Assembly (NCBI GenBank): GCA_051382295.1
Contig: JBBCAW010000053.1
Span: 16,593-80,592 of the forward strand
Origin: Bdellovibrionota bacterium FG-1
GTDB lineage: Bacteria > Bdellovibrionota > UBA1018
Reading direction: 5' to 3'
Length of the DNA stretch: 64,000 bases
A model generated the notes under the pieces. The model had not been told where the DNA came from. It did not search any database and saw only the letters and a list, made by a program, of their open reading frames with translations. Made by a program: the position numbers and the translations under genes. Below, piece after piece: positions 28,485 to 37,488 of the stretch; position 1 is the first letter of the stretch; each line of letters begins with the position of its first letter.

Positions 28485-30164
28485 TTAAAACCTAAAGATT
28501 TTTGCGCCAAACGTGTCTTGCGCCGCCTCTTGCGTGGCCCGCGCAAGTAATTGTGGATCCGTGAAATGCTGCCCCGAACTCCCGACCCATCCTCGAAGCG
28601 CTGCCTCCCCTTGGGTCAGCCGATCAAGGGTCATGGCAAGTTGGAGCCGTTTAGAGCCCAAACTAGCCTTCACAAAAGCGACTTCTTTGTTGTGCGGATC
28701 ATTAAGGTCGGCGCTCGGAAAGGTGGCTAATTTTTTGGCCAACTCGGCGGCCGCATCGAGATCGGAGGACAAGCGAATTCGCCAATTGAGCAGATCGTGT
28801 TTAAGAACATCGACCTGAGTGCCCGGGTTGAGTTCCAGACTCGCCATGCCTCGCGAAGAATGAAGCACACCATCATAAGCATAAGTCATCAACCCTTTGA
28901 TATGTCCTGAAAGGTCACTGATCGCCCCAAAAACCTGGGCCTCCATTCGACAATCCGGAAGCACGGTCAAGGATCCGCTACCAAAAACGATCGCGCCAGA
29001 ATTCGTTCGAGTGTTGACGCCGGCATTTACGGTCGCACCCTGACCACCCGGCCTTTGACTCGAAGGGTCGCCCGCCGTCCTATTGATACTCACAACTCCA
29101 GAAAACACCGTACTGGGTCCGCTTCTCTTGAAACCCGTCAAACCGACCGACCCGTTCCAATCCTGATTTTTACCCCCATTAGCCCCATCTGCGCGGCGTT
29201 CCTCGCCCGCACTCACAAAGTAGCCAATGTTATCCACAAAAGCGCTCACGCTCGCACCTCGATCATAACCCGCCCCTGGCGCGAACGGATTCACCGAGAC
29301 ACTCGACTGAGGCTGATGATAGACGCTCAAATCAAGACCCACGATCCCATACCGTCCCGCAAGTGAACTCGCATAACGCGGTTCGAGCCGGTGATCCAGC
29401 TGCGTGAACTCATTCGTTAAAGCAACCATGCCCTTTGAACCTTTTGAATACCCAAAAACCAGACGACCACGTCCCTTAGGGTCTAACGAAAAACCCAAAT
29501 CCGTAGCATGGCCGGAAAGATCTAAAACAAAACCTTTGTTTTGCCGCGGGGACAAAATAGGGGCATTCAAATCCACCGCACCCGCATCACTCGCCGCCAC
29601 CGCGGCCGCCCCGCCCAGCCCGCCTAAAACGATCGCTTCCTTTTGATGCTGCGACGAAAGGTTGAGGCGCCCAATCGTCCCATACGCCACTAAATCAGCC
29701 GTCTCATAAAGTTCCGGTATTTTAACCGCCACGTTGTTCAATTGTCCCAACGCCGTGATTGCAGTCGCCGGTTTGGAGTCCTTAACTGGAACCTCTAACG
29801 CCATTGTTCCATTTTCAGTGTAGAATTGCCCACCTTCGTGGGAGAGCTGAGTCATACTGCTCCCCATCGCGCGAATCCATGACCCAGGCAAAAGCTCAAA
29901 AGCGCGCACCGTGCTCGGGCGAAGGGTTTTCGGATCTCCTACGGTATCAAAAATAAAACCCCAGGGACTCGTGCTTCGATCACTTTCCCACTCCCCCCGT
30001 AAATTGGGATAAACCGAGCTAAATAGAAAGGGGGGTGGGTATGTTGATGAAAATGAACTCTCGGCAAAATCGTCCGCCCTGGCCTCAGTCCAAGAAATCA
30101 AAACCAATCCACAGGACAGAAAAAAGAAGCCGAGGCTTTTTAAGAGAGTGCGGAAATAGCTCAT
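28485..30164 (-). CDS. Hypothetical secreted protein (Gly/Ser-rich beta region, helical C-terminus)
   Basis: Long ORF with signal peptide (..WTEARA) and its own sigma54 promoter; no motif recognised. Confidence 0.7.
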   Translation of the reverse strand: MSYFRTLLKSLGFFFLSCGLVLISWTEARADDFAESSFSSTYPPPFLFSSVYPNLRGEWESDRSTSPWGFIFDTVGDPKTLRPSTVRAFELLPGSWIRAMGSSMTQLSHEGGQFYTENGTMALEVPVKDSKPATAITALGQLNNVAVKIPELYETADLVAYGTIGRLNLSSQHQKEAIVLGGLGGAAAVAASDAGAVDLNAPILSPRQNKGFVLDLSGHATDLGFSLDPKGRGRLVFGYSKGSKGMVALTNEFTQLDHRLEPRYASSLAGRYGIVGLDLSVYHQPQSSVSVNPFAPGAGYDRGASVSAFVDNIGYFVSAGEERRADGANGGKNQDWNGSVGLTGFKRSGPSTVFSGVVSINRTAGDPSSQRPGGQGATVNAGVNTRTNSGAIVFGSGSLTVLPDCRMEAQVFGAISDLSGHIKGLMTYAYDGVLHSSRGMASLELNPGTQVDVLKHDLLNWRIRLSSDLDAAAELAKKLATFPSADLNDPHNKEVAFVKASLGSKRLQLAMTLDRLTQGEAALRGWVGSSGQHFTDPQLLARATQEAAQDTFGAKIFRF

Positions 30165-30179
30165 TCAACCGATTAAGAA

Positions 30180-30196
30180 AGCAAATCCCGGACCAT
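30180..30196 (-). promoter_or_regulatory. sigma54 -24/-12 promoter
   Basis: TGGTCC-GGGAT-TTGCT (GG-N10-GC) just upstream of ATG 30164. Confidence 0.55.
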
Positions 30197-30305
30197 AAAT
30201 TGATCAACAAATTCAATGTCTTTTATTTAATATTGATCCATTCCCTGAACATGTAACAAAGAGGTGACTGATCTTTAGACACCCCAAAAAAAAAACACCA
30301 TTCAA

Positions 30306-30611
30306 TTAATGAGAGTTCTTGTCTCCAGGGTTGGTGCCGGCATTGATTTCGTCAATAGTGGAAACACCATCACCGTCGGAATCGAGCGCTTCAATCGCCT
30401 TAAAATCAAATTTATCGCCTGCCTTAGTTTTTTGCAAATCGATCCCGTAGCCATTCAACTGACTTCCCGATGTATGACAAACCTTGCAATTCACTGAAAG
30501 TTTAGTCGCTGGATAAGCCGCCTTAAAAGCCGTCATCTGCTGAGGCTTGGCAAAGGACATCGAAGGCGCAAAAACAAAAACTAACGCCAAAACAGTAATT
30601 AAGTTTTTCAT
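30306..30611 (-). CDS. Small monoheme cytochrome c with DSDGDG Ca-binding-type motif
   Basis: Signal peptide (..SMSFA), CKVCH..LNGYG, LDSDGDGVSTIDEINAGTNPGD. Confidence 0.8.
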   Translation of the reverse strand: MKNLITVLALVFVFAPSMSFAKPQQMTAFKAAYPATKLSVNCKVCHTSGSQLNGYGIDLQKTKAGDKFDFKAIEALDSDGDGVSTIDEINAGTNPGDKNSH

Positions 30612-30805
30612 ATCATTTCTCACTTTCTTGATGAGGTCTTTAGCAAATAAGATTTCGCCGCACAATATGACATTAAATTGATTTTCATCCCTGGGAATTT
30701 TTGTCCCACCAGACGGAACCCATGAGCCAGTTAGTCCATTTTAACGCCAACGCTTCTTGAGTCAGACCTAGTCGCACTGCATGCCCCATGTTAATATGAA
30801 AGATC

Positions 30806-31528
30806 ATGCGGAAAATGAAAACTCACCTCCCCCGCCTTTTTAAACTTTCCGCCTATGCGGTCATTAGTTTTTGTGCACTGGTTCCACTGACCTTTATCGG
30901 GGTTTTCCAACAAACACGTCTCGCGCAAGACACCGTGAATACGTTGGCCCTCAACCTCGCAACACTTTCTAATCAAGCAAGACACGGTGAAATTTCGCCG
31001 GCAGTTGCGGTAACCTGGATTCGAAACCATGAGCTGGTCCTGTGGGCAAACTACCTTAAACAGAATCAAATAGTCGCCCACGCCGGATTTTCTCCGCGCT
31101 TGATCAACTCCACTCACACCCAAGATATTCAACTCGATCCAGATCGGTCCTTTCAGAAACAATTACCCAAACCCCATTTCCAACTCAATCCTCGGTCGGA
31201 ATACCGGTTCATCCTCCCCATTTCCTGGAACCCGCAGCAAGAAGAACGACTTGAACTCGGCGCATCCTACGGAACCCTGTTCTCCGCCGCCAAGGATGCC
31301 TTCGTTCTCTCATCGGCTCTTTTTACGGCGGCATTCATCTTTCTTTTTGGCACCGTCATATTTGTCGATGCTTATGTTTCCAGTTTTACCTTACGAGTGA
31401 TTCGCGCAATCCGAACCCATTCGTCACCCGCCGATTTTTCGAAGGACCTTGGAATTCCGCAGGACCTTTCCCCCACTTTCAGTTCACTCATGGAAACCCT
31501 GGAACATCGCACGGAGTGTGCCCCATGA
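30806..31528 (+). pseudogene. Two-TM periplasmic sensor module, C-terminally truncated (no output domain)
   Basis: TM-periplasmic-TM-HAMP-like layout ending where it collides with the opposite-strand cytochrome ORF. Confidence 0.5.
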
Positions 31529-32019
31529 CAATCGAAACACAACGGAGCATGCTTATCGCCCAGCATCGCTTTTCTAAAATGGATCGATTGCTCGAACTCA
31601 CTTGGAACATGGGGGGCGAATAAAAAGACCTTCGCGATGGTCTGGTCTTGGTGACAACGCATACAGGGCACATCCACGGGGTGAATCACGGCCGGGATCA
31701 GATCGGCTTTTGCGACATTCTGTGGATTATTGACAAAGTGGTTACTCTCGTGACAAGTGAGGCACACGGCTCCTTCGGGAAGGTTCTTCAATAACCCTGC
31801 TTGACCGTGAATACTGGCATTGAGATCTCGGAGCTGATCCACGTGACACCCAACACACTTGGGGGCTAATGTTCCGTGAATCGCAAGGTGAGGAAATCTG
31901 CCCAAAATGGCCTGATCAACCGCTTGCATCTCCACCGCGGTGGGTGCCGGGGCGGCCGTTACGAGGGTCGCCCCCAGACTCATGAACAAACAGAGACCCA
32001 TCATGATGCAAATTCTCAT
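31372..32019 (-). CDS. Multiheme cytochrome c (4 CxxCH), probably truncated
   Basis: Signal peptide; CVGCH, CLTCH, CMRCH, CFDCH. After HGAHSVR it reads antisense to the sensor gene. Confidence 0.75.
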   Translation of the reverse strand: MRICIMMGLCLFMSLGATLVTAAPAPTAVEMQAVDQAILGRFPHLAIHGTLAPKCVGCHVDQLRDLNASIHGQAGLLKNLPEGAVCLTCHESNHFVNNPQNVAKADLIPAVIHPVDVPCMRCHQDQTIAKVFLFAPHVPSEFEQSIHFRKAMLGDKHAPLCFDCHGAHSVRCSRVSMSELKVGERSCGIPRSFEKSAGDEWVRIARITRKVKLET

Positions 32020-32026
32020 ACCTACC

Positions 32027-32647
32027 TCAACGTTGGCGATGCATTGCAAGTTCTACTGTCGCTGATAATAGGCTTCCAGAGACGATTCCTGCAATCGCAA
32101 ACAAGAACCCCACCGCTAAAAATCCAGTGGCGGCCGCATAGGCATGACTGAGATCGAAGTCGAAGATTCCGCCCATGCTGATGACCAGTTGACCCGGAAA
32201 CAGATGCTCCACACGTTTGGTCAAAGAATGGATCGGGGTGTTTCCCTGATAAACAAACAGGGCCAAGGCCCCCACCGCTCCAATGAGCGCGCCGATATTG
32301 GTTTTCTGGCACGCTTCGAGTTTCAGATTTTTTCCGGTCATTACGGCAAGCACCCGGGAGACTGTTTCCTGAATGTGAAGTTGCCGGAGCGCCCAGCCCG
32401 CAAAATAACTGACTGAGAGTCCAAGAAGGATGCCCTGAAAAAATGTCAGGACGGTGGCTGCGCCAAGAATGGCCAATTTGACAGTCAGGGCAAGGACCGG
32501 GGTCTGAATCGCTTCAGAAAAAAGAGTAGCAGGAACCGCCGCCATGAACAGCGAGACGGGAAGCATAACAAAAGTCAGCAAGGTCCCTACGAAAAGTCCC
32601 ATACGATCTGTTCCATTCAATCCTTTGGTCAATCCTTCGGTTTTCAT
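32027..32647 (-). CDS. Hypothetical polytopic membrane protein
   Basis: CAGGAG RBS before ATG 32647; about 4 hydrophobic segments. Confidence 0.7.
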   Translation of the reverse strand: MKTEGLTKGLNGTDRMGLFVGTLLTFVMLPVSLFMAAVPATLFSEAIQTPVLALTVKLAILGAATVLTFFQGILLGLSVSYFAGWALRQLHIQETVSRVLAVMTGKNLKLEACQKTNIGALIGAVGALALFVYQGNTPIHSLTKRVEHLFPGQLVISMGGIFDFDLSHAYAAATGFLAVGFLFAIAGIVSGSLLSATVELAMHRQR

Positions 32648-32686
32648 AAAATTACTCCTGTTTGTTGTTGTCACACCTAGACATAA

Positions 32687-32703
32687 AGCAACCGGCGTGC
32701 CGC
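32687..32703 (-). promoter_or_regulatory. sigma54 -24/-12 promoter
   Basis: CGGCAC-GCCGG-TTGCT on minus strand, 40 bp upstream of ATG 32647. Confidence 0.7.
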
Positions 32704-32916
32704 AGTAATTTCACTTAAATTTCAATAAGTTATAACGTCTTCTTTCTTGTAAAGAGGTTTTTCCGCCAAAATCTAAGAAAAAAGAACCAAAGTGGGACTC
32801 AAGTGTCCCAGTTTAAGATCGCATCAATCAATAATTAATATTAATTTCGAAAAGTTACCTCAGATAATACCAGAATGCACAAAAAGGGCACCGCTGTCGC
32901 AGCAGCAAACCGCGTG

Positions 32917-33675
32917 TTAAGGGCCGGTTTCAACCATAAACTCAAGAAAATGACAGTTGCGACATCCGAAAGTCGTCTGGACTTGAGTATGTGCAAACTT
33001 CGCGGGCAAAGCATTATGGCATCGAACACAGGCCACATCGGTCGCACCAAAATTATGAGCGCGGTTAGCAATGCCGCCGTGGCAATCGATGCACATGATC
33101 GGTCTTGCTTGCCAGACGGTCTTATCCGCATCGGCACCGTGCCCCAACATAGAATCCTCAATCCACTTGCCCTTCAGAGCGGCGCCCAAATGCTGCTGCT
33201 GAGGAAAGGGGAGCTTCACCTCTTTTGAGAGATGGAGTTTATGAAGCCGGGTATTACTCACCTTAGGAATATCTTTGAGCGCATGAGAACTCAATGGACC
33301 CGCCACATCCGCATGCCCTGAATGACCAAAGTCCCAGTGACAGCCCTCACAGAGGTGCTTTTCGACGTGCGGCACATGTTTCATGTCTAAAGGAAATCTA
33401 GGCTTCTTTGTCACCAACGCTACGGCTTCTTCGAAATACTGAACCAAGGGTTGGTGATGACAATCATGGCAAGTGGTGATTTTTCCATGGATGCTCTTTT
33501 TCCAAGATACATTGGCATAATCATGGATATGGCACTTCGTGCAAAAACCCGAATCCACCCAAGTATACTGGAAAGCCTTATAGCCAGGATACGTTCCGAC
33601 TACGCCACCGATCACCAGAGCCGGGAGCATAAACACCAAGTAAGGTTTTGCGGCATTCAACAAGCGCTTTACCAT
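32917..33675 (-). CDS. Membrane-anchored NapC/NirT-like hexaheme cytochrome c
   Basis: N-terminal TM, FCTKCH...W..SIH...CHDCH (NapC-like), plus CEGCH, CIDCH, CVRCH, CRNCH. Confidence 0.8.
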   Translation of the reverse strand: MVKRLLNAAKPYLVFMLPALVIGGVVGTYPGYKAFQYTWVDSGFCTKCHIHDYANVSWKKSIHGKITTCHDCHHQPLVQYFEEAVALVTKKPRFPLDMKHVPHVEKHLCEGCHWDFGHSGHADVAGPLSSHALKDIPKVSNTRLHKLHLSKEVKLPFPQQQHLGAALKGKWIEDSMLGHGADADKTVWQARPIMCIDCHGGIANRAHNFGATDVACVRCHNALPAKFAHTQVQTTFGCRNCHFLEFMVETGP

Positions 33676-33827
33676 AGTCCACCGCTCCGCAAAGTCGTGT
33701 ACAGAAAGAAAACCTGAAACACGAGAAAGGCTGAAGCAACGACGCCAAAAACAAATCCAGCAAAATTAAAGAAAGCCCGACCCCACTTTCGCTGTAAAAT
33801 AGTAGGCAATTCTGGGTGATTTACCAC
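33669..33827 (-). CDS. Unannotated 52-aa single-TM protein
   Basis: AAGGAG 8 nt before GTG. Translation MVNHPELPTILQRKWGRAFFNFAGFVFGVVASAFLVFQVFFLYTTLRSGGLW; its stop lies within the first codons of the NapC-like gene (ATGGTAA). Confidence 0.7.
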   Translation of the reverse strand: MVNHPELPTILQRKWGRAFFNFAGFVFGVVASAFLVFQVFFLYTTLRSGGLW

Positions 33828-33832
33828 GACAT

Positions 33833-35950
33833 TCACTCCTTTTCCTTCGCTTTGCCTTTTTGGCCGCGCTTCGAGTGATAAGTTTCCACAAACTGCATGT
33901 TCGCGGATTCAGCCGTATGGCAGGCCGAGGTACAAACCGGAAGCAGGGACTGCAGATTGGGCCGCAGAAGCGACCTTTGGGTGGAAGGAGCATGAGGATC
34001 ATGACAAGTCGAACAGGTCAGCCATCCATCTGAAAGATGGATATTGGGCGGAAGTGGAAGTCGGGCCATTGCAAAAAGTTGATCAATCCTTTTGTCGTGA
34101 CTCTTTTTGACTCGATCCTGATGACAGCTGACACAGATCAGTGAAACACGTTTCTTGTCCTGATGTGGATCGTGGCAATTCAAACAAAAAGACGCGTCAT
34201 CAGCCCATTGCACTCTCTGACGAAGCTGAGGGCTTGCCTTGAGATGCTCATTTTTTTCGATCAAAAGAATACGGTCCTTGTGACAATTCAAGCACGAGCC
34301 CGCGGAATCCTTGGATTTATGACGACTAAAATGAGCGGCCTTTTCAGACCCATGAACGGAGTGACAAGACAAACAGGTCACCTGAACCTCATTTTTATCG
34401 AGCTTAGCAAAGCCAAACGGATGACTTTTGGGCTTGCGCGCTTGTCCGTGGCACGAAATGCACAAATCCGAAACTGTCTTGCGAAGCTGTCGCGGTTCGG
34501 CCGAATGCATCTGATGACATTGCGAGCAGGATTTGACCTGAATCTTAAATTTCTGCAACTTCGTGGATGAAAGACCGAGATGATTATGTTCGACCGATTC
34601 CTTGTCCTTGTGACAAGTCAGACATAACTCTTTAAAGGGCTTTCTCAACATGAAGGGAACTTGCTTGACGGTATGTTCTTCTCCAAATTGCCCAGTAACC
34701 ACACCTGAAAGCGATTGATGATGGTTCTGATGGCAGGTAAAGCAATCGATCTTATGTCCTTCCGCTAACTTCAGATCCACCGTGATTTTCACCTCGACCC
34801 CAACAGGATGGTGCTTTTTCTCCAATATGAATTTGTCCAGGCTAAATTTCTCAAGTCCGTCATGACAGTTCAAACAACGAACCATCGCATAGGTTTTTTG
34901 AGTATCCGGATTTCTAAAAAGGTCATTTTCGGCAAAAGAGGTTTTATCTAAGGCAATTAAATCAGGATTGTCTGCTCCTGCCGAAAGCGTCCCCATATTC
35001 ACTTTAAAAGCCAGAATTCGATTACCAAAATAATCCGCAACATAAAGCCGATCCTGCCAACTCGCGAGACCCAGCGGATAACCAAAACGCGCCGTCCCCG
35101 CATCGCTTCCGATCGAACCAATGTAATTACCGAGACGATCGTAGAAAAAAACCAGCTTTAATCCCACATCCGAAATCGCCACCCAACGGTCCGATACCAT
35201 CGCAATGGACTTAGCGAACATCAGGGTGCCGTTTCGGGTTCCCCAACGGCCCCATCGGTAGCCCGAATCCTTGCCGAAAAAAACCACATGAGAACGAAAA
35301 GGATCCAACAACATCAAACTTCCGTCTTCTAACGGCTCAAGACGTGAATACCGCCCCTGCGAAATCAAAAACCCTTCTTGCCAATCAGCAAAGGGGTTTT
35401 TGCTCAAATCCAAATCTTTAGGGGGGATCGATTGAGAAAATGGAATCGCTAAAGGAGTCCAATGTAGACAATCGGTACTTTTATAGGTCGAGTTTTGAAC
35501 GAGAAAAAAGGTATTTCTCAGAACTTCCAAATCTCTCACCAGGGCATCTTCAGGCAGAATCAGGCGCTCAGCCCCTTGCAAAGACTGATTGTTGCCGGGA
35601 ATCGCAACTCGAAAAAGCGAAAAAACAGACTTTTGAAGTTTTTCTGACCCCTCATACTTTTGGATCGTCGCAAGAAAAAAAGAGGACCGATTACAAGCGA
35701 GGGAGGTGATCAACTGCCCCGGCAGAATCGCCCCTAGGGACTGAGTCGAAAGAAGCTTGCCATCATTTGGATCTAACGCTCTCAACTCACCCAGCTCCAC
35801 GCTGTAGGTCCAAACACGATCGCCGCAGACTCGAACCAAAGTTGGCGCCGATATCTTGGCCTCAAATAATGGGGTTGCGAGCCGCTCCTGGGCTAATGCC
35901 GGGGGCGACAACAAAAACAGGGTAAAGATGAACGGGAAAAAACGCTTCAT
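33833..35950 (-). CDS. NHL/beta-propeller plus multiheme cytochrome c fusion (10 CxxCH + 1 CX3CH)
   Basis: Signal peptide; NHL repeats (WGRWGTRNGTLMFAKSIA, FGYPLGLA..RLYVADYFGNRI); 11 heme motifs in the C-terminal half. Confidence 0.85.
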   Translation of the reverse strand: MKRFFPFIFTLFLLSPPALAQERLATPLFEAKISAPTLVRVCGDRVWTYSVELGELRALDPNDGKLLSTQSLGAILPGQLITSLACNRSSFFLATIQKYEGSEKLQKSVFSLFRVAIPGNNQSLQGAERLILPEDALVRDLEVLRNTFFLVQNSTYKSTDCLHWTPLAIPFSQSIPPKDLDLSKNPFADWQEGFLISQGRYSRLEPLEDGSLMLLDPFRSHVVFFGKDSGYRWGRWGTRNGTLMFAKSIAMVSDRWVAISDVGLKLVFFYDRLGNYIGSIGSDAGTARFGYPLGLASWQDRLYVADYFGNRILAFKVNMGTLSAGADNPDLIALDKTSFAENDLFRNPDTQKTYAMVRCLNCHDGLEKFSLDKFILEKKHHPVGVEVKITVDLKLAEGHKIDCFTCHQNHHQSLSGVVTGQFGEEHTVKQVPFMLRKPFKELCLTCHKDKESVEHNHLGLSSTKLQKFKIQVKSCSQCHQMHSAEPRQLRKTVSDLCISCHGQARKPKSHPFGFAKLDKNEVQVTCLSCHSVHGSEKAAHFSRHKSKDSAGSCLNCHKDRILLIEKNEHLKASPQLRQRVQWADDASFCLNCHDPHQDKKRVSLICVSCHQDRVKKSHDKRIDQLFAMARLPLPPNIHLSDGWLTCSTCHDPHAPSTQRSLLRPNLQSLLPVCTSACHTAESANMQFVETYHSKRGQKGKAKEKE

Positions 35951-36036
35951 GTGGGGTTCACTTTTCAAAACATCAGCACCCTTTCTCGGAGAGCAGACAG
36001 CGTCTCTCAAAGAAAAGGTGCTGACTTTATCCTCAA

Positions 36037-37353
36037 TTACAACTTACGGCCGCCTTCGGCGGCCCATTTTTCAAGCATCTCGGTGGTGACGGATTTTGGA
36101 CGCTCCAAAGCGTAGCCCAAAGCACGATCCCACACGATATTGGTCAAAACACCAATCGCACGGCCCACACCAAAGAGCACGGTGTAGAAATCGTATTCAG
36201 TCAAGCCATAATGCCATTGAATCACGCCGGACTGCGCGTCCACGTTCGGAAATGGGTTTTTGGTTTTACCATGCTCGGTCAAAACCCCCGGAGCGACCTT
36301 GTAGACCATATTCACAAACTTAAACATCGTGTCATCAGGCAAGTGCTTCTGACAGAATTCCATCTGCGACGTATATCGCGGATCGGTCTTTCGCAGAACG
36401 GCATGACCATATCCAGGCACCACTTGTCCGGCCTTTAAGGTTTCCCACAAAAACGCTTTCATCTGCCCTTCGTTCGGGACCTTGCCATCCATTTTTTTCA
36501 TTACCCCTTGGATCCAACGCAAGACTTCTTGATTGGCCAAGCCATGAAGGGGTCCCGCCAGCGCGGCCATCCCTGCGGCAAAAGAGTGGTAACAGTCGGC
36601 AAGCGTGGAGGCGACCAGATGGGTGGCGTGCGCTGAGGCATTTCCGGATTCGTGATCGGAATGCAAAATAAAATACATGCGCGCGACATCATCATAGGGC
36701 TTTTTCATCCCCATCATGTGGGCGAAGTTACCACCCATATCCAGATTTTTATCGGGCGCGATCTGATTATCATTTTTGTATTTCAAGCGATAAATAAACG
36801 CGGCCAACTGAGGCAGACGTGCCATGAGATTGCAGGCATCTTCGTACATGGGATCCCAGTACTCATCCTTTTTCATGCCCTGCTCGTAGCGTTTGGCAAA
36901 AACGGATTCCCGCTCCATGGTCGTTACACCGGCCGCAAGCATCGCCATCGGATGTGAATCCCTGGGCATGGCACGAAGCACGTCAAATACATACTTAGGA
37001 ACCTCGCTCCGAGTACGGAAATCATTTACGACTCCAAGCGTCTGTTCCACGGTTGGAATCTCGCCCGTCATCAAAAAATACCAAAAGCCTTCAACGTAAG
37101 GGTATTCGGCGCCTGGAACCTTAGGAAGCGCCGCAAAGGTTTCCGGAATCGTTTTTCCACGGAAGCGAATGCCTTCTTGAGGATCGAGATAAGAAATATC
37201 CGTCACTAAGCAACGAACATCGCGCGCCCCACCGATACATTGCTCAATGGTAACTTTGTCAATCATGACCTCGCCGTGTTCTTTCATGAGTTTTTGAACG
37301 CGGGGGCGATGGGCTTTGATTTTTTCGTGGAGTGTTTCCTTCAGTGTCGCCAT
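36037..37353 (-). CDS. gltA: Citrate synthase, eukaryote-like/Geobacter type
   Basis: GGARDVRCLVTDISYLDPQEGIRFRG, HSDHESGN, LAGPLHGLANQE, PGYGHAVLRKTDPR, PNVDAQSG, ERPKS. Confidence 0.95.
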   Translation of the reverse strand: MATLKETLHEKIKAHRPRVQKLMKEHGEVMIDKVTIEQCIGGARDVRCLVTDISYLDPQEGIRFRGKTIPETFAALPKVPGAEYPYVEGFWYFLMTGEIPTVEQTLGVVNDFRTRSEVPKYVFDVLRAMPRDSHPMAMLAAGVTTMERESVFAKRYEQGMKKDEYWDPMYEDACNLMARLPQLAAFIYRLKYKNDNQIAPDKNLDMGGNFAHMMGMKKPYDDVARMYFILHSDHESGNASAHATHLVASTLADCYHSFAAGMAALAGPLHGLANQEVLRWIQGVMKKMDGKVPNEGQMKAFLWETLKAGQVVPGYGHAVLRKTDPRYTSQMEFCQKHLPDDTMFKFVNMVYKVAPGVLTEHGKTKNPFPNVDAQSGVIQWHYGLTEYDFYTVLFGVGRAIGVLTNIVWDRALGYALERPKSVTTEMLEKWAAEGGRKL

Positions 37354-37488
37354 GAACTTACTTTCCTTTCAATTTTTTAAATTCCAGTGCGCTTGAATCT
37401 AACTCGTTTTGAATCATGACAAAAGCATAAATACAGTCGATATTACACTTACCGTATCGCATGAGACAAAATGACCCAGATCAAAAGC

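Noticed and set aside
30678..30691. TTGAT-N4-ATCCC as an FNR box
   Set aside because: The second half-site is too degenerate to call.
31308..31319. CTCATCGGCTC match to the tRNA-Thr 3' end (possible attR)
   Set aside because: Only 11 bp, inside a coding region and with no integrase; compatible with chance.
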